Virus record (IMG/VR): IMGVR_UViG_3300036846_000743
Coordinates: 124,001-188,000 of that record
DNA length: 64,000 bases
Direction: 5' to 3' (one strand)
The notes under the pieces are model-generated. The model saw only the letters and a program-made list of their open reading frames with translations, made no database searches and was not told where the DNA came from. Made by a program: the position numbers and the translations under genes. Shown here one piece after another: positions 1 to 9,158 of the stretch (position 1 is the stretch's first letter; every line of letters starts with the position of its first letter).

Positions 1-1329
1 GCCGTCGACACCGGCATGAAAGCTCTCCGGGGTGACCAGGGGATCGATCAGGCCGAAGTGCGACGGCTGAACGTTGCGAGCTTCGGCGGGGATTGCATCA
101 AGCGAAGGAATCCCTCCAGTGCCCAGCCGGCTGACCCGGGCCTGCTGGTCGAAGATCATGGCCGGGTTAATTCCCTCGGTGGGCTGGCCCAGGCCGCTGG
201 ACTGGATAGCGGCGTTGATATTCCGGGTCAGTAACTCGGCCGGGATGTGCTTGAGGCTCCCGGTCATGGACGCTTTCCAGAGGACCTTGCCCAGAAGCAT
301 GCGGTCCTTGCCGACCCGCTCGGATAACAGATCTTCGGGACCCATGGCGTACATGTAGGCCAGGTGATCACGGTCATCGGGTTCTGCTTCTTGTTTGTTT
401 ATCGCAGCCAGTTTCCTGGTGGTATCCAGCATCTGATCCAGCGAGACCTTGTCGTACGGCTTACCGAGGGTCCGCCTGGTGACCTCTGGGTCGAGCTTCA
501 TGGCCTCGAACGCTTCGCGGACTTCCTGCTCCTGGGTCTTGGTCGGATCAGGTTTGCGAACCAACCGGCTATGCAGCTTACCGATGACCGATGGATCATC
601 CTTGAGCATGTTGGGCTGGTAGAGATCACCCCAGGCTTCGCGAAGCTGCTTGTCGCTGGCCCCCATGGCATGGAGCAAGGACGTCAAGGGCATCTTGGAC
701 TGACCGACTTTGAGGCGGAACACGCCGGTCTCGGGCTCCATGAAGATCCGGTGCGCGGCACCCTGGCCGGGCATGACGTTCACATGGGCTTCGAGTTCGC
801 CGTTGGCCTGGCGGCGAGTAAAGACGCCGGGCCGGAGCCTGAGCTGGTGAGCCAGCGTATATTCGGACCCATTCTGGATAAAAGTCCCGTGATCGGTCAG
901 GTACGGGATCGTAGCCACGGTGGATCGTTTCTGATCGATGACCGCGCCGGTCGCGTTATCACGCAGCGTCCAGGTGCCCCGGAGCCGGGCCCCCAGACTG
1001 CGGCCTCCCAGGATGGCCTTCTTCCAGTCGGCCTTGCCGTACCGCTGCGCGCCTTCATAGCCGACGTCGTCAAGGGTCAGGGTGTGTCGCTGGTTCGAGA
1101 CCGGCGGGATCTTGCCAGCTGCCTCCTTGACGCGATCGAAGATCCGGCTCCGGATCGCGGCCGCATCGCCAAAGGCACGAAGGCCGGCCGGAGCGTGTGC
1201 CGGCAAGGCGGGTGATCGCTCAACACCCTGTTCCTTGTGCGTGCCGTCGTTGATCCTGCCGTCGCCGTCACCGTCTCGCGGGACGCTGGACAGCGATCCC
1301 AGGGCCGACTCTGCCAGAACGCTAGGCAC
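1..1329 (-). CDS. rpoB: Phage-encoded multisubunit RNA polymerase beta subunit (N-terminal part; runs off the left edge)
   Basis: Not in ORF track; translated by hand from GTG at 1329, with SD AGGAGG at 1335-1340 overlapping the upstream TAA. Contains IPYLTDHGTFIQNGSEYTLAHQLRLRPGVF (RpoB GTFIING..Q..R.PG), DDRDHL (DDIDHL) and NPAMIFDQQARVSRLGTGGIPSLDAIPAEARNVQPSHFGLIDPLVTPES (RpoB fork-loop region). Confidence 0.9.
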   Translation of the reverse strand, partial: MPSVLAESALGSLSSVPRDGDGDGRINDGTHKEQGVERSPALPAHAPAGLRAFGDAAAIRSRIFDRVKEAAGKIPPVSNQRHTLTLDDVGYEGAQRYGKADWKKAILGGRSLGARLRGTWTLRDNATGAVIDQKRSTVATIPYLTDHGTFIQNGSEYTLAHQLRLRPGVFTRRQANGELEAHVNVMPGQGAAHRIFMEPETGVFRLKVGQSKMPLTSLLHAMGASDKQLREAWGDLYQPNMLKDDPSVIGKLHSRLVRKPDPTKTQEQEVREAFEAMKLDPEVTRRTLGKPYDKVSLDQMLDTTRKLAAINKQEAEPDDRDHLAYMYAMGPEDLLSERVGKDRMLLGKVLWKASMTGSLKHIPAELLTRNINAAIQSSGLGQPTEGINPAMIFDQQARVSRLGTGGIPSLDAIPAEARNVQPSHFGLIDPLVTPESFHAGVDG

Positions 1330-1339
1330 AGGGCCCTCC

Positions 1340-2470
1340 TTACTTGGGGTGCGGCTGTACCAGTTGCTGTCCAGCGACGCGGCCCAGCGATCCAGCCAGG
1401 CTGGGTAATTGCGGCGGGGACGGCTCTGCCGGCTTCTCGGGCTTCGCCGGCTTGCCATCGGTCGGCGTCATGAGCCGGTTCCAGACGGCCATCTGATTGG
1501 CCTTGATCCGGTTCAGGAATTGGTCGGCCGCCTGGCCGACACTGGCGTGCTTCTCTTTCTTCGCCGGCTCCTCGTCTGGTTCCTTCCTGGCCCCGAACGC
1601 ACGGTGCCAGATCGACGGCTTCGGCCGCATGATCGGTGTCGGCATCGGGATCGCCATGATCGGGCTCGGGGCCTGCTCGGCAATCTGGGCCTGCCGCCGC
1701 TTCACTGCCTCCTCGACGGCCTTGTCCTCGGCCGTTGATCTGGCCCAGTGATAACCACCCAGGCCGGCACCCAGCATGAGGCCGCCGCCCAGCGTCAGGG
1801 CACCACCCATAAGCGGACCGTACCAGCCTTCTGCCTGCTTCTCGTAGAGACTGGCCAGCACATCGAGCGAGCTGGGCTTCGGATCTGCCGAAGCCAGCTT
1901 GCGCCGGCCGGCCAGCGCACTCTCGTAGCCCTTGCGCGCCTCTTCCAGCTCACTCTCCTGCTCGGCCGTCCGGGTCTTGTCGAGCAGATAGTCAGTCAGC
2001 TTCCAGCCGCCATAGCCACCGGCGCCGACGGCTGCGACGCCAGCCGGAATGGCCCATGGCATGTCCAACGGACTTTTCGCGCCCCAGCCCCCCAGCCAGT
2101 TCTGGGCCGTATTCGCCACCTGACCGGGCCGACGAAGCAGACCCATCCAGTCGGCCACATGCCGCATGTCAAAAGCCAGCTTGGCGAACTCGGCCTCCTT
2201 CTCCTCTGTCGCTGCGAGCATGGCATCTCGCTCCGCAGGAGTGCGGACTGCGACCGGCACCGGAATTCGCACGAACGACTGGCGCATCGGAGTCCGCGCC
2301 GGGCCGCCCAGGTTGCGACCCAGGAAGTTGCCGACACCGGACATGGCTCGCGATCCGGCCCCGAGCGCCGTTGCTCCAAGGCCCAGCCCGATGATGGTGC
2401 GAAGCGCATCCACCTGGGCCTGGTTGTTGGGGCCAAGTCCCGTGCGGCCGAACAGATCGTCTATGGACAT
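1340..2470 (-). CDS. Glycine-zipper protein with K-x-A motifs, putative virion/ejection protein
   Basis: 376 aa; three Gly-rich hydrophobic hairpins (GLGLGATALGAG, AGVAAVGAGGYGGW, GGALTLGGGLMLGAGLGGYHW); motifs AKLA, RKLA, EKQA, EKHA; SD AAGGAGG. Confidence 0.75.
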   Translation of the reverse strand: MSIDDLFGRTGLGPNNQAQVDALRTIIGLGLGATALGAGSRAMSGVGNFLGRNLGGPARTPMRQSFVRIPVPVAVRTPAERDAMLAATEEKEAEFAKLAFDMRHVADWMGLLRRPGQVANTAQNWLGGWGAKSPLDMPWAIPAGVAAVGAGGYGGWKLTDYLLDKTRTAEQESELEEARKGYESALAGRRKLASADPKPSSLDVLASLYEKQAEGWYGPLMGGALTLGGGLMLGAGLGGYHWARSTAEDKAVEEAVKRRQAQIAEQAPSPIMAIPMPTPIMRPKPSIWHRAFGARKEPDEEPAKKEKHASVGQAADQFLNRIKANQMAVWNRLMTPTDGKPAKPEKPAEPSPPQLPSLAGSLGRVAGQQLVQPHPK

Positions 2471-2485
2471 CGCTCGCCTCCTTGC

Positions 2486-2884
2486 TTACCCCAGCACGCT
2501 GAGATCATTTTCGCGCGACCGGACCATCATGCTGATGGCATCCGACTCCTTGGGAGCGACCCCGTAAACCTGGATCCACTCGAGCCAGATCCGATAGCCG
2601 CGCTTGACCGGGTTGTACATCTTCTCACGATCGATGACCTTGAACCAGCCGTTCACCGCCCGCTCCTGGACGTAAAGATATTCCCTGACGTCAGGTGCTT
2701 CCCACATCTCGAACCAGCGAGCGTGATAGGTGAACTTGTGCTCCAGCTCCTCGTACTCGTGCTGCTTCATTGCCCCGGCGACACGGCCCAGGATGGGGAA
2801 TCCCGCATCGGTGCCGGGCCACGTCAGGTGATCGCCGTGCCGCTCCCGTGATTGTTCGGCTCCGAACTTCTCCACCAGGCCCAT
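2486..2884 (-). CDS. Hypothetical protein
   Basis: 132-aa globular-looking ORF tightly packed in the minus-strand operon. Confidence 0.7.
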   Translation of the reverse strand: MGLVEKFGAEQSRERHGDHLTWPGTDAGFPILGRVAGAMKQHEYEELEHKFTYHARWFEMWEAPDVREYLYVQERAVNGWFKVIDREKMYNPVKRGYRIWLEWIQVYGVAPKESDAISMMVRSRENDLSVLG

Positions 2885-2893
2885 GGCATTCTC

Positions 2894-3337
2894 TCAGATC
2901 TTGTGGAAAGACCGGGGTCGTGGCTGAGCCGCAAGTGCGGCATCCATGATCGCCTTGCGCCGGGCCAGATCGGCCTGCGTGTTGTAGGTGGCGATCAGTT
3001 CTTCGCGCTGCACATCCTGGGGATCGATATCCCCCTCCCGCATCTTGCCAATCCCGTAACCGATGCCACCAGCACCGAGAGCTGCGGCGCCGAGGCCGAT
3101 GGGCACTCCTGTCGTGAGAGCCCAGGTAGGAACCCCCGTGATGACATCCCCCGCAGTGGATATCACCTTTTTCCCGATGTCCTTCGCCATATCCATGAGG
3201 AAGCCGTTGGCACGCTTCTCGAGCCCGCAGGCGGCACGCACCTCGGCCTGTTCGGCAGTCAGGCCCTCCTCGGCACAGCGAAGAAGGAAGCCATATTTGA
3301 ACCCTTCCCTGGGGGTCATCGCAGCCCTCCGTGTCAC
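2894..3337 (-). CDS. Small glycine-zipper membrane/virion protein
   Basis: 147 aa; EKRA motif followed by GVPIGLGAAALGAGGIGYGIG; ATGA overlap with upstream gene. Confidence 0.75.
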   Translation of the reverse strand: MTRRAAMTPREGFKYGFLLRCAEEGLTAEQAEVRAACGLEKRANGFLMDMAKDIGKKVISTAGDVITGVPTWALTTGVPIGLGAAALGAGGIGYGIGKMREGDIDPQDVQREELIATYNTQADLARRKAIMDAALAAQPRPRSFHKI

Positions 3338-3786
3338 TGAGAATTGTTATCATCAGGCAGGATAAGCGATGACATGCCGGCCACGCTCGTTCCAGTCGGT
3401 CGCCGTATCTCGCCCTGATAGCTGTAAACGACTTCAGGCATCATAACCTGCGTGGGTAGCCGACGCACGGCCTCGGTGATGCCCTCGCGGGTGTGCGGAT
3501 CGCCCTGGGCCCTGGCCTGGCGAGCCACCTTGACCATGTTCTCGACCAGCGTAACGATCTGGCCGCGCTCATCGGGATACTTCTCGCGCCACGCCTGGTC
3601 AGAGAGAGCCTTGGCCCGCAGTAGCCATTCTCTCACCGAACACTCGGTGTACTCGCCAGTCACCTCGTGGACCGTGTGGACCAGCCCGCGTTCGGCCCAG
3701 AACTTGGTCTGGCGGAAGTCGAAGACCTTGCGATTGGACGACGTCCGGACGTAGGGCGCCCGGCCGTTGTGTCGCTTACTCATCAC
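3334..3786 (-). CDS. Hypothetical protein
   Basis: 150-aa ORF with SD (GGAAAGGA) and overlap with next gene. Confidence 0.7.
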   Translation of the reverse strand: MMSKRHNGRAPYVRTSSNRKVFDFRQTKFWAERGLVHTVHEVTGEYTECSVREWLLRAKALSDQAWREKYPDERGQIVTLVENMVKVARQARAQGDPHTREGITEAVRRLPTQVMMPEVVYSYQGEIRRPTGTSVAGMSSLILPDDNNSQ

Positions 3787-3800
3787 GCATCCTTTCCAGC

Positions 3801-3814
3801 GTTACGCAGCGTAA
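3801..3814. promoter_or_regulatory. Palindromic intergenic element GTTACGCAGCGTAA (copy 1 of 4)
   Basis: Intergenic, 15 nt upstream of 3786; near-identical copies at 32473, 39590, 49956. Confidence 0.6.
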
Positions 3815-3826
3815 GCACCGAGAGCC

Positions 3827-4678
3827 TCAGCCAAGACCGGAAATGATAGCACGGCCGGTCTCTCGCGCGGTCAAGTAAGGACTGATACTGTGTGCCTTGG
3901 CGCCATTGTGAACAAGAAAGTTCTCGACGTAGGGACCGAATACCGGACGCAGATCCTTGACCAGCGCGACGATGTCACCGTCGTCGGCGATATTGAACCA
4001 CTGCTTCACCGTCATGCCTGGCCAGACGCCAAGCCCAACCACAGGAGCAGGCTGGAGCCGATCGAAGATCAGGTTCCTGATGCCCAGTGGCGATCCCAGC
4101 GTGATCAAGGTCGTGACTGGCCAATCATGATGGGCGCAGAGGCATTCATACGCGACCACGGACCCCAGCGAATGCCCGATCAGCACGCGGGTATCATCGG
4201 TGACTACCTTCTCGACATGCTCCAGCGCCATGCGGCGAAAGCCGTCATCCTGAAAGTACGCGGACACTTGCTTCAAGTTGAAGATGAGCGCCTTCTCTGC
4301 GAGCCCAGCGAAGAAACTAGAATGGCTCAGTGCCTCGAGAGCGCGCTGGACAAACCAGGAAGTGTGGCCCGTCACAAACCGATCGGGGGGTACAACCTTG
4401 TCAGGCTCGGCCTTGGCAGCGGCAAGGCACCAGGCGTTAAGCAGATCTTCCTCGAAAGGATCGGTGATGGAGTCCGCATCATAGAGCTGCTCGCTTGGCA
4501 TCAGGCCCTTGGGCCGGAAAAGCTCAGCATAAAAAGTACAGACCAGGTCCTCGGGCGCCGGAGGTGTTCCCCCGGCGAGCGAGATACCGTCGCACAGGGG
4601 CGCGAACCATTCCTGATGGAGAATGCTCGGCCCCTTGTACTGCTGGGCAATACCGTGGACGGCAACAATCCGGGACAA
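3827..4678 (-). CDS. Alpha/beta hydrolase
   Basis: VAVHGI oxyanion motif, GHSLG nucleophile elbow, LITLGSP, DGDIV acid and late AHS histidine. Confidence 0.85.
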   Translation of the reverse strand: MSRIVAVHGIAQQYKGPSILHQEWFAPLCDGISLAGGTPPAPEDLVCTFYAELFRPKGLMPSEQLYDADSITDPFEEDLLNAWCLAAAKAEPDKVVPPDRFVTGHTSWFVQRALEALSHSSFFAGLAEKALIFNLKQVSAYFQDDGFRRMALEHVEKVVTDDTRVLIGHSLGSVVAYECLCAHHDWPVTTLITLGSPLGIRNLIFDRLQPAPVVGLGVWPGMTVKQWFNIADDGDIVALVKDLRPVFGPYVENFLVHNGAKAHSISPYLTARETGRAIISGLG

Positions 4679-4694
4679 CTGGTCTTCTTCCTTG

Positions 4695-5189
4695 TTAGCC
4701 CCAAAGCCGATGAATACGACGGGCTACTAGCACGAAAACAAGCCCGATGGCGAATAACAAGAATGTACTCGGTTCCGGAACTCCGCCGCCGCCACCACCC
4801 GGCGGCATGACCGGCGGACATTCCGTCGCCAGGTCCTGCTTGATGAGCGCACCAAGCACGGGATGATAGTACGTGAACCTGGCCGGAGCTAGTTCGTACC
4901 TGTGGCGGAGCATGTCGAAGAACGGCGTGTTCGGCAGTTCGCCGACACATTCGGCAGGGGTGAACAGCCCGGCCAGGGCCGGATGAAAGTGATCGAAGCG
5001 CGTGGGATTGATCTCGTACCGGTGTTCCAGCTCGCGCCACTCGGTGACGAATGAGTGACGAACCGCCCTTCCATCCACGATCAAGCCATAGGTGAGCGGC
5101 ACATGGCCGTACTCTGAATATGACTCGACTCCAGCCAGATAGAAGGGCTGCTTGTACACGGGCTCCTGATGTACGAATACCGTTCCCAC
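4695..5189 (-). CDS. PEP-CTERM sorting-domain protein
   Basis: C-terminus GGGGGGVPEPSTFLLFAIGLVFVLVARRIHR = VPEP + TM helix + basic tail; internal duplication HRYExxPxRFxxxHPxLxxL twice. Confidence 0.85.
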   Translation of the reverse strand: MGTVFVHQEPVYKQPFYLAGVESYSEYGHVPLTYGLIVDGRAVRHSFVTEWRELEHRYEINPTRFDHFHPALAGLFTPAECVGELPNTPFFDMLRHRYELAPARFTYYHPVLGALIKQDLATECPPVMPPGGGGGGVPEPSTFLLFAIGLVFVLVARRIHRLWG

Positions 5190-5229
5190 GCGACAACCTC
5201 ACGCGGGGCCGACGACCGCCGGCACGAGC

Positions 5230-6000
5230 TTACCGACAACTGCCGCTCACGCAGACGCCACCAGCCCCAAAAAAGCCAGATGAGAATGTAGCTGGAGCCG
5301 CTGACCCGAAGCCGGCCGACCGGATCGATTGCCGGAAGCCGCCGAAGGGACCAATCCGGGTCTTCTCGCGGTAGACACCACCACCCATGGCCGGCATCGC
5401 GGAAAAGACCGGCATCGAAGAGTAGGTGACCGGGGCCGCAGCAAAGACCGGGGCCTCAGCATAGACCGGGGCTGCCCGATAGGTGACCTGGGGCGACGAG
5501 TAAACCGATGTCGGCGGCGAGTAAGACGATGAGTAGCAGCCATTCGAGCCCCCCTGGAAGACCATGGGCGGCGGCGCCGCGGAAACCGGCGGCGGTGCCG
5601 AGTAGGTCGGCGGCGATGAATAGGACTCCGAGTAGCAACTCGAACCGCCCTGGTAGGCCACCGGCATCTCCTCGATCCCGTTGCCGGAGACGATCGTCTG
5701 GACGGCCGGCCGCGCGGTGACGACCCGTGGCGCCGCCGATGCCACCGGGTCGCGCCGGGCCTGCGCCTTGACCTGGGCCCTGACCTGAGCCTTGACGTTG
5801 GCCAGCTCCCGAGTCAGCGTGCGCACTTGCTCGCGAGTCTCGGCCAGATCAGCAGCCAGGCCAGGAGCAATCTCTTCCTCGGTAGGCGCAGGTCCAAGCC
5901 TGACTCTTGGAATAGGATCAGGCTGGACCTGCGCGATCAGGTTATAGTCCGATGGCGTTTGCCCCGTCATGGTCAGGGCAAGAAGTAGCGCGTTCAACAT
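5230..6000 (-). CDS. Secreted low-complexity protein (signal peptide, coiled coil, Tyr/Ser/Pro-rich, Cys-containing C-terminus)
   Basis: N-terminus MLNALLLALTMTGQ; ends GGVCVSGSCR. The style recalls Planctomycete secreted proteins (inference). Confidence 0.75.
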   Translation of the reverse strand: MLNALLLALTMTGQTPSDYNLIAQVQPDPIPRVRLGPAPTEEEIAPGLAADLAETREQVRTLTRELANVKAQVRAQVKAQARRDPVASAAPRVVTARPAVQTIVSGNGIEEMPVAYQGGSSCYSESYSSPPTYSAPPPVSAAPPPMVFQGGSNGCYSSSYSPPTSVYSSPQVTYRAAPVYAEAPVFAAAPVTYSSMPVFSAMPAMGGGVYREKTRIGPFGGFRQSIRSAGFGSAAPATFSSGFFGAGGVCVSGSCR

Positions 6001-6302
6001 GATTGATCTGGCTCCTTTGGTTCTGTCATACCGGACAATACTACCAGCACATCATTCGCTGGTCCTGAATTACGCCCACTGTACCCGGTCGTGATGTAGG
6101 AGACTATGTAAGGATCGGCCGCTACTGCGCAGATGTCGACCGGCCCGGAGTCGAGATAACAGTCCTGGATATGGTCTGTCAGGGCAGGAAGCTGTGACTG
6201 GGGGAATAGAACTGGCTGCGACATGACTGGTTGCGACGGCGAGCGTCGCGCGCGCCGTCGTGCTGAGAGATGGGTCATCGGTCCGCACGGTATCTCTGAC
6301 AT
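5994..6302 (-). CDS. Hypothetical protein
   Basis: Fills the gap between neighbours with SD GAGGT; composition not clearly protein-like. Confidence 0.4.
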   Translation of the reverse strand: MSEIPCGPMTHLSARRRARRSPSQPVMSQPVLFPQSQLPALTDHIQDCYLDSGPVDICAVAADPYIVSYITTGYSGRNSGPANDVLVVLSGMTEPKEPDQSC

Positions 6303-6310
6303 GGTGCACC

Positions 6311-7252
6311 TCAGATCAGCATGTACTCCAGGTTGTCTTGGGGCGGATAACCAACGTATCCCGAAACGGCAAAGCTGTCACCTTCGCGGAGCATGGCGTC
6401 AACCGTGTCAGCGTCAACCCAGAAACTACCTTCCGGTTGTTCGTGTCGTCGCGGCCCGGTGATCCAGGTGGTTCCCCAGGAATTGATGCACAGCAGACCG
6501 GGGCGCTTGAAAGCATCGTCCACGCCAGCGAAGAGCATGCAGTGGGGCCACGATCCGTTGCGCTTGGCAAAGCCATCCTGATCACGCTTGGTCTGATTGC
6601 CACCCTGGCCATCGAAGCCGACCGTCGAGCAGACCGGAACCGGATAGCCGTTGGCGATCGCGTCCCTCGCTTCCGGATAGCCACGAACTAGCGAAGTCGT
6701 CTTGATCGGATGCTCACGAACTGCGGGCTCGAGCGGATCAGGAACACCGGCATTGGGGGCACCGAGCTTTTGTGCCGTCTGGCCGTTGTACGTTGTCAGG
6801 TCGAGCGATCCGTACTTGCCCCGGACGATCGTGCCGTACTTGGTCACGAATTGAGCCGCCCAGGCGCCGACCGAACCGTCCTGGAGGCCGCAGGCGCCCT
6901 TACCGATCTCGACGCGGCTGCCGGCATAGATGATCTCGCTGGCCTCTTCGCCAGGGAACTTGCCGGCTTGACTGGCCTGGATCTCGGCCCCTTGAAGAAC
7001 ATCGATGCCCAGGCTCCAGCCGTGGGAGACGCAGTCGCCGATGGTCTGCTTATGGATCGGGAACTTGCCGCCGCAGTGCTGCGCCAGGAACTGATATAGC
7101 AGCACGACCTTGCCGGCGCCCGTATCCTTGATCGGATAGGCAGCCGCGTAGAAGAGCGGCTGCGCCAGCGCGGCCATGGCCTGGTCGACTGCCGCCTTGA
7201 CGACCGCCAGGTCCTCGACACGTCCAAAGAGCTTCTCGAAGGGCTGGGGCAT
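6311..7252 (-). CDS. Papain-like (C1 family) cysteine peptidase
   Basis: QTIGDCVSHG (Gln and catalytic Cys), WPHCMLFAG (His), INSWG (Asn). Confidence 0.85.
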   Translation of the reverse strand: MPQPFEKLFGRVEDLAVVKAAVDQAMAALAQPLFYAAAYPIKDTGAGKVVLLYQFLAQHCGGKFPIHKQTIGDCVSHGWSLGIDVLQGAEIQASQAGKFPGEEASEIIYAGSRVEIGKGACGLQDGSVGAWAAQFVTKYGTIVRGKYGSLDLTTYNGQTAQKLGAPNAGVPDPLEPAVREHPIKTTSLVRGYPEARDAIANGYPVPVCSTVGFDGQGGNQTKRDQDGFAKRNGSWPHCMLFAGVDDAFKRPGLLCINSWGTTWITGPRRHEQPEGSFWVDADTVDAMLREGDSFAVSGYVGYPPQDNLEYMLI

Positions 7253-7268
7253 GCTCGGGATCTCCGTG

Positions 7269-8345
7269 TCAGGGTGCGGCTGCGCGTAGCCCGGCCGCGA
7301 TGTCCTGCCAGACCCCGATATGCCCGCCAGCGGTGGAGAGTGTAGTCGTGGATAACGGCTTCAGGATCCCGTTGAGCGCATTGAAGAACGGGACATACGG
7401 ATCGCGATCGCCAGCTACGGCCGCCCGGTTGGACGCGACAGTGGCATCGATGATCGCCTTGGGCTGCTTCAGGTGCGCATAGGCAGGAACGCCGGCCACG
7501 GCCTGGGAGACGTCGTTGGCGATAGTTTCGTGAGATACCGCCAGGGCAAGCACCTGGGCCTTGTGGTTCTTGATATCAGGGATGTACTGGATCGCCAGGT
7601 CCTTGACCTGCTGGGCCATGGCCGACAAGGGCGGCTGCGGTGGTATGTCCGGGTCTGGCGGCTTCGGATCTGGCGGCACCGGCCCTGGTCCTGGTCCTGG
7701 CCCAGGACCATCACCATCGCCAGGCTCGTTGGGATCAGCCCGGACCACGATCGTCGCCGTCGTCATATCGAAAGTATCGTCCTTGGCCACGTAGAGCGTG
7801 ACCCGGATCGTCTTGGGCTTCGTACCGGTAGCCAGGTTAAGTGACCGGCCGTCAGGACTACGATTGGTCCACTTATTGACCCATAAGGGCCAGATCTCCC
7901 ACCTGATCGACTGAGGATGATCACCGGCGATCGACTTGACGCACGTCAGACCGATCGGCACACCAAGCGGCCAAGCCTTGGGAGCGGGCTCGCCATTCAT
8001 TGTCGTGATGACGGCCTTGGCCAGCGGCCGCAGATCATCAGGTTCATCGGGTCCAGGCGGCTTGGGCGGCTTGGGTTCGTCCGGGCCAGGCGGCTTCGGT
8101 TTATCGGGCTCGTCCGGTTTGGGCGGTTCAGGCTGGGCAACCTTGGACTTGACTACTTTCTCCTGGGCCGGCGGCGCCGCTTCAGCCGGCGGCATCTCGT
8201 GAGTAGCATGAGTTGCTGCTACTTTCTCTGTAGCCTGTCGCGTGGCAATACGGACCGGCTGCCTGCGCATCCCGTTGCGGACGATGAACGGCGTGCCGAC
8301 GAGCAAACCGGCGGCTGCGGCAGCGATCAGGAGCATCCTACCCAT
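7269..8345 (-). CDS. Membrane-anchored or secreted proline-rich protein
   Basis: N-terminal hydrophobic helix; PKPPGPDEP and GPGPGPGP linkers separating a beta-rich and a helical domain. Confidence 0.75.
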   Translation of the reverse strand: MGRMLLIAAAAAGLLVGTPFIVRNGMRRQPVRIATRQATEKVAATHATHEMPPAEAAPPAQEKVVKSKVAQPEPPKPDEPDKPKPPGPDEPKPPKPPGPDEPDDLRPLAKAVITTMNGEPAPKAWPLGVPIGLTCVKSIAGDHPQSIRWEIWPLWVNKWTNRSPDGRSLNLATGTKPKTIRVTLYVAKDDTFDMTTATIVVRADPNEPGDGDGPGPGPGPGPVPPDPKPPDPDIPPQPPLSAMAQQVKDLAIQYIPDIKNHKAQVLALAVSHETIANDVSQAVAGVPAYAHLKQPKAIIDATVASNRAAVAGDRDPYVPFFNALNGILKPLSTTTLSTAGGHIGVWQDIAAGLRAAAP

Positions 8346-8371
8346 GTGAATCCTGCTGGGCTTCCGCCCGC

Positions 8372-8533
8372 TCAGATCGGCGTTTTCCCGAACTTCGCTT
8401 TTCCCGTTGCCGTTGACTCCGGTGTAGGCGCTTGCGGCACACTGGTCGCTGGAGTTTTCGACTGCGACTTGGACTTGTCCTTCTTGCCCTTGTCCTTGTC
8501 CTTGTCCTTGGACTTATTCGGCTTCTTTGTCAT
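8372..8533 (-). CDS. Small Lys-rich basic protein
   Basis: MTKKPNKSKDKDKDKGKKDKSKSQSK; start overlaps end of upstream gene. Confidence 0.45.
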   Translation of the reverse strand: MTKKPNKSKDKDKDKGKKDKSKSQSKTPATSVPQAPTPESTATGKAKFGKTPI

Positions 8534-9110
8534 CAGAGTTCTCCGGAATAGATGTTGAATTTCCCTCATGAGGCTCTCTGGCGATCATGGGTACAGGCAA
8601 CCAGCCAGTCTTGCGACCCCACAGGGCCTCCCATAGCTCCTTGTCCTTGACGGCGGCGCCTGCCGCCTCGATGGCCGCGCGGGATAGCCAGTACCGCCCC
8701 GTGTCATCGAGCTGAGCCACAGCCTCGGCAGGCAGACTGCGGGCAAACCGGCGCCGCAGCACACGGGCCAGCAGCCCGCGCTTCTTCTCGTCGGCCTCGA
8801 TCGTTTCGAGGGCCTTCATGATGCTCTCTTCGGGACAGCGATTGGTCACCGCGACAGCCAGGTCGACGAACACGATGAACCAGCTGCGGTCGAACCGGAC
8901 GGCAGTCTCGGGGGATAACTCGAGAAGCTGGTCCATGACCGCGACGGCAAACAGCTCGGCGGCGTCGGCCGGTACCAGCGGGCTGGTCAGGTCATCGAGG
9001 ATCACCTTGGTGACGGTTGCCCGCGCGGGCGTCTTCAGGGAGACCGCCCAGTCCTTCACCGGTATCTGCCCTTCACCCTTCGATGTTGCCTGGGATCTAG
9101 GTCTGCCCAT
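8514..9110 (-). CDS. Hypothetical protein
   Basis: 198 aa, SD GGAGG. Confidence 0.65.
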   Translation of the reverse strand: MGRPRSQATSKGEGQIPVKDWAVSLKTPARATVTKVILDDLTSPLVPADAAELFAVAVMDQLLELSPETAVRFDRSWFIVFVDLAVAVTNRCPEESIMKALETIEADEKKRGLLARVLRRRFARSLPAEAVAQLDDTGRYWLSRAAIEAAGAAVKDKELWEALWGRKTGWLPVPMIAREPHEGNSTSIPENSDDKEAE

Positions 9111-9158
9111 AAGGATCCTCCGGCTTGCAGAATACTGCGGCGCACAACAAGACGCAAC

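Noticed and set aside
364-1215. 283-aa plus-strand ORF and the many other long plus-strand ORFs (e.g. 15151..16956, 25594..27474)
   Set aside because: Antisense shadows of high-GC3 minus-strand genes; no protein motifs and no SD. The real gene here is the minus-strand RNAP beta.
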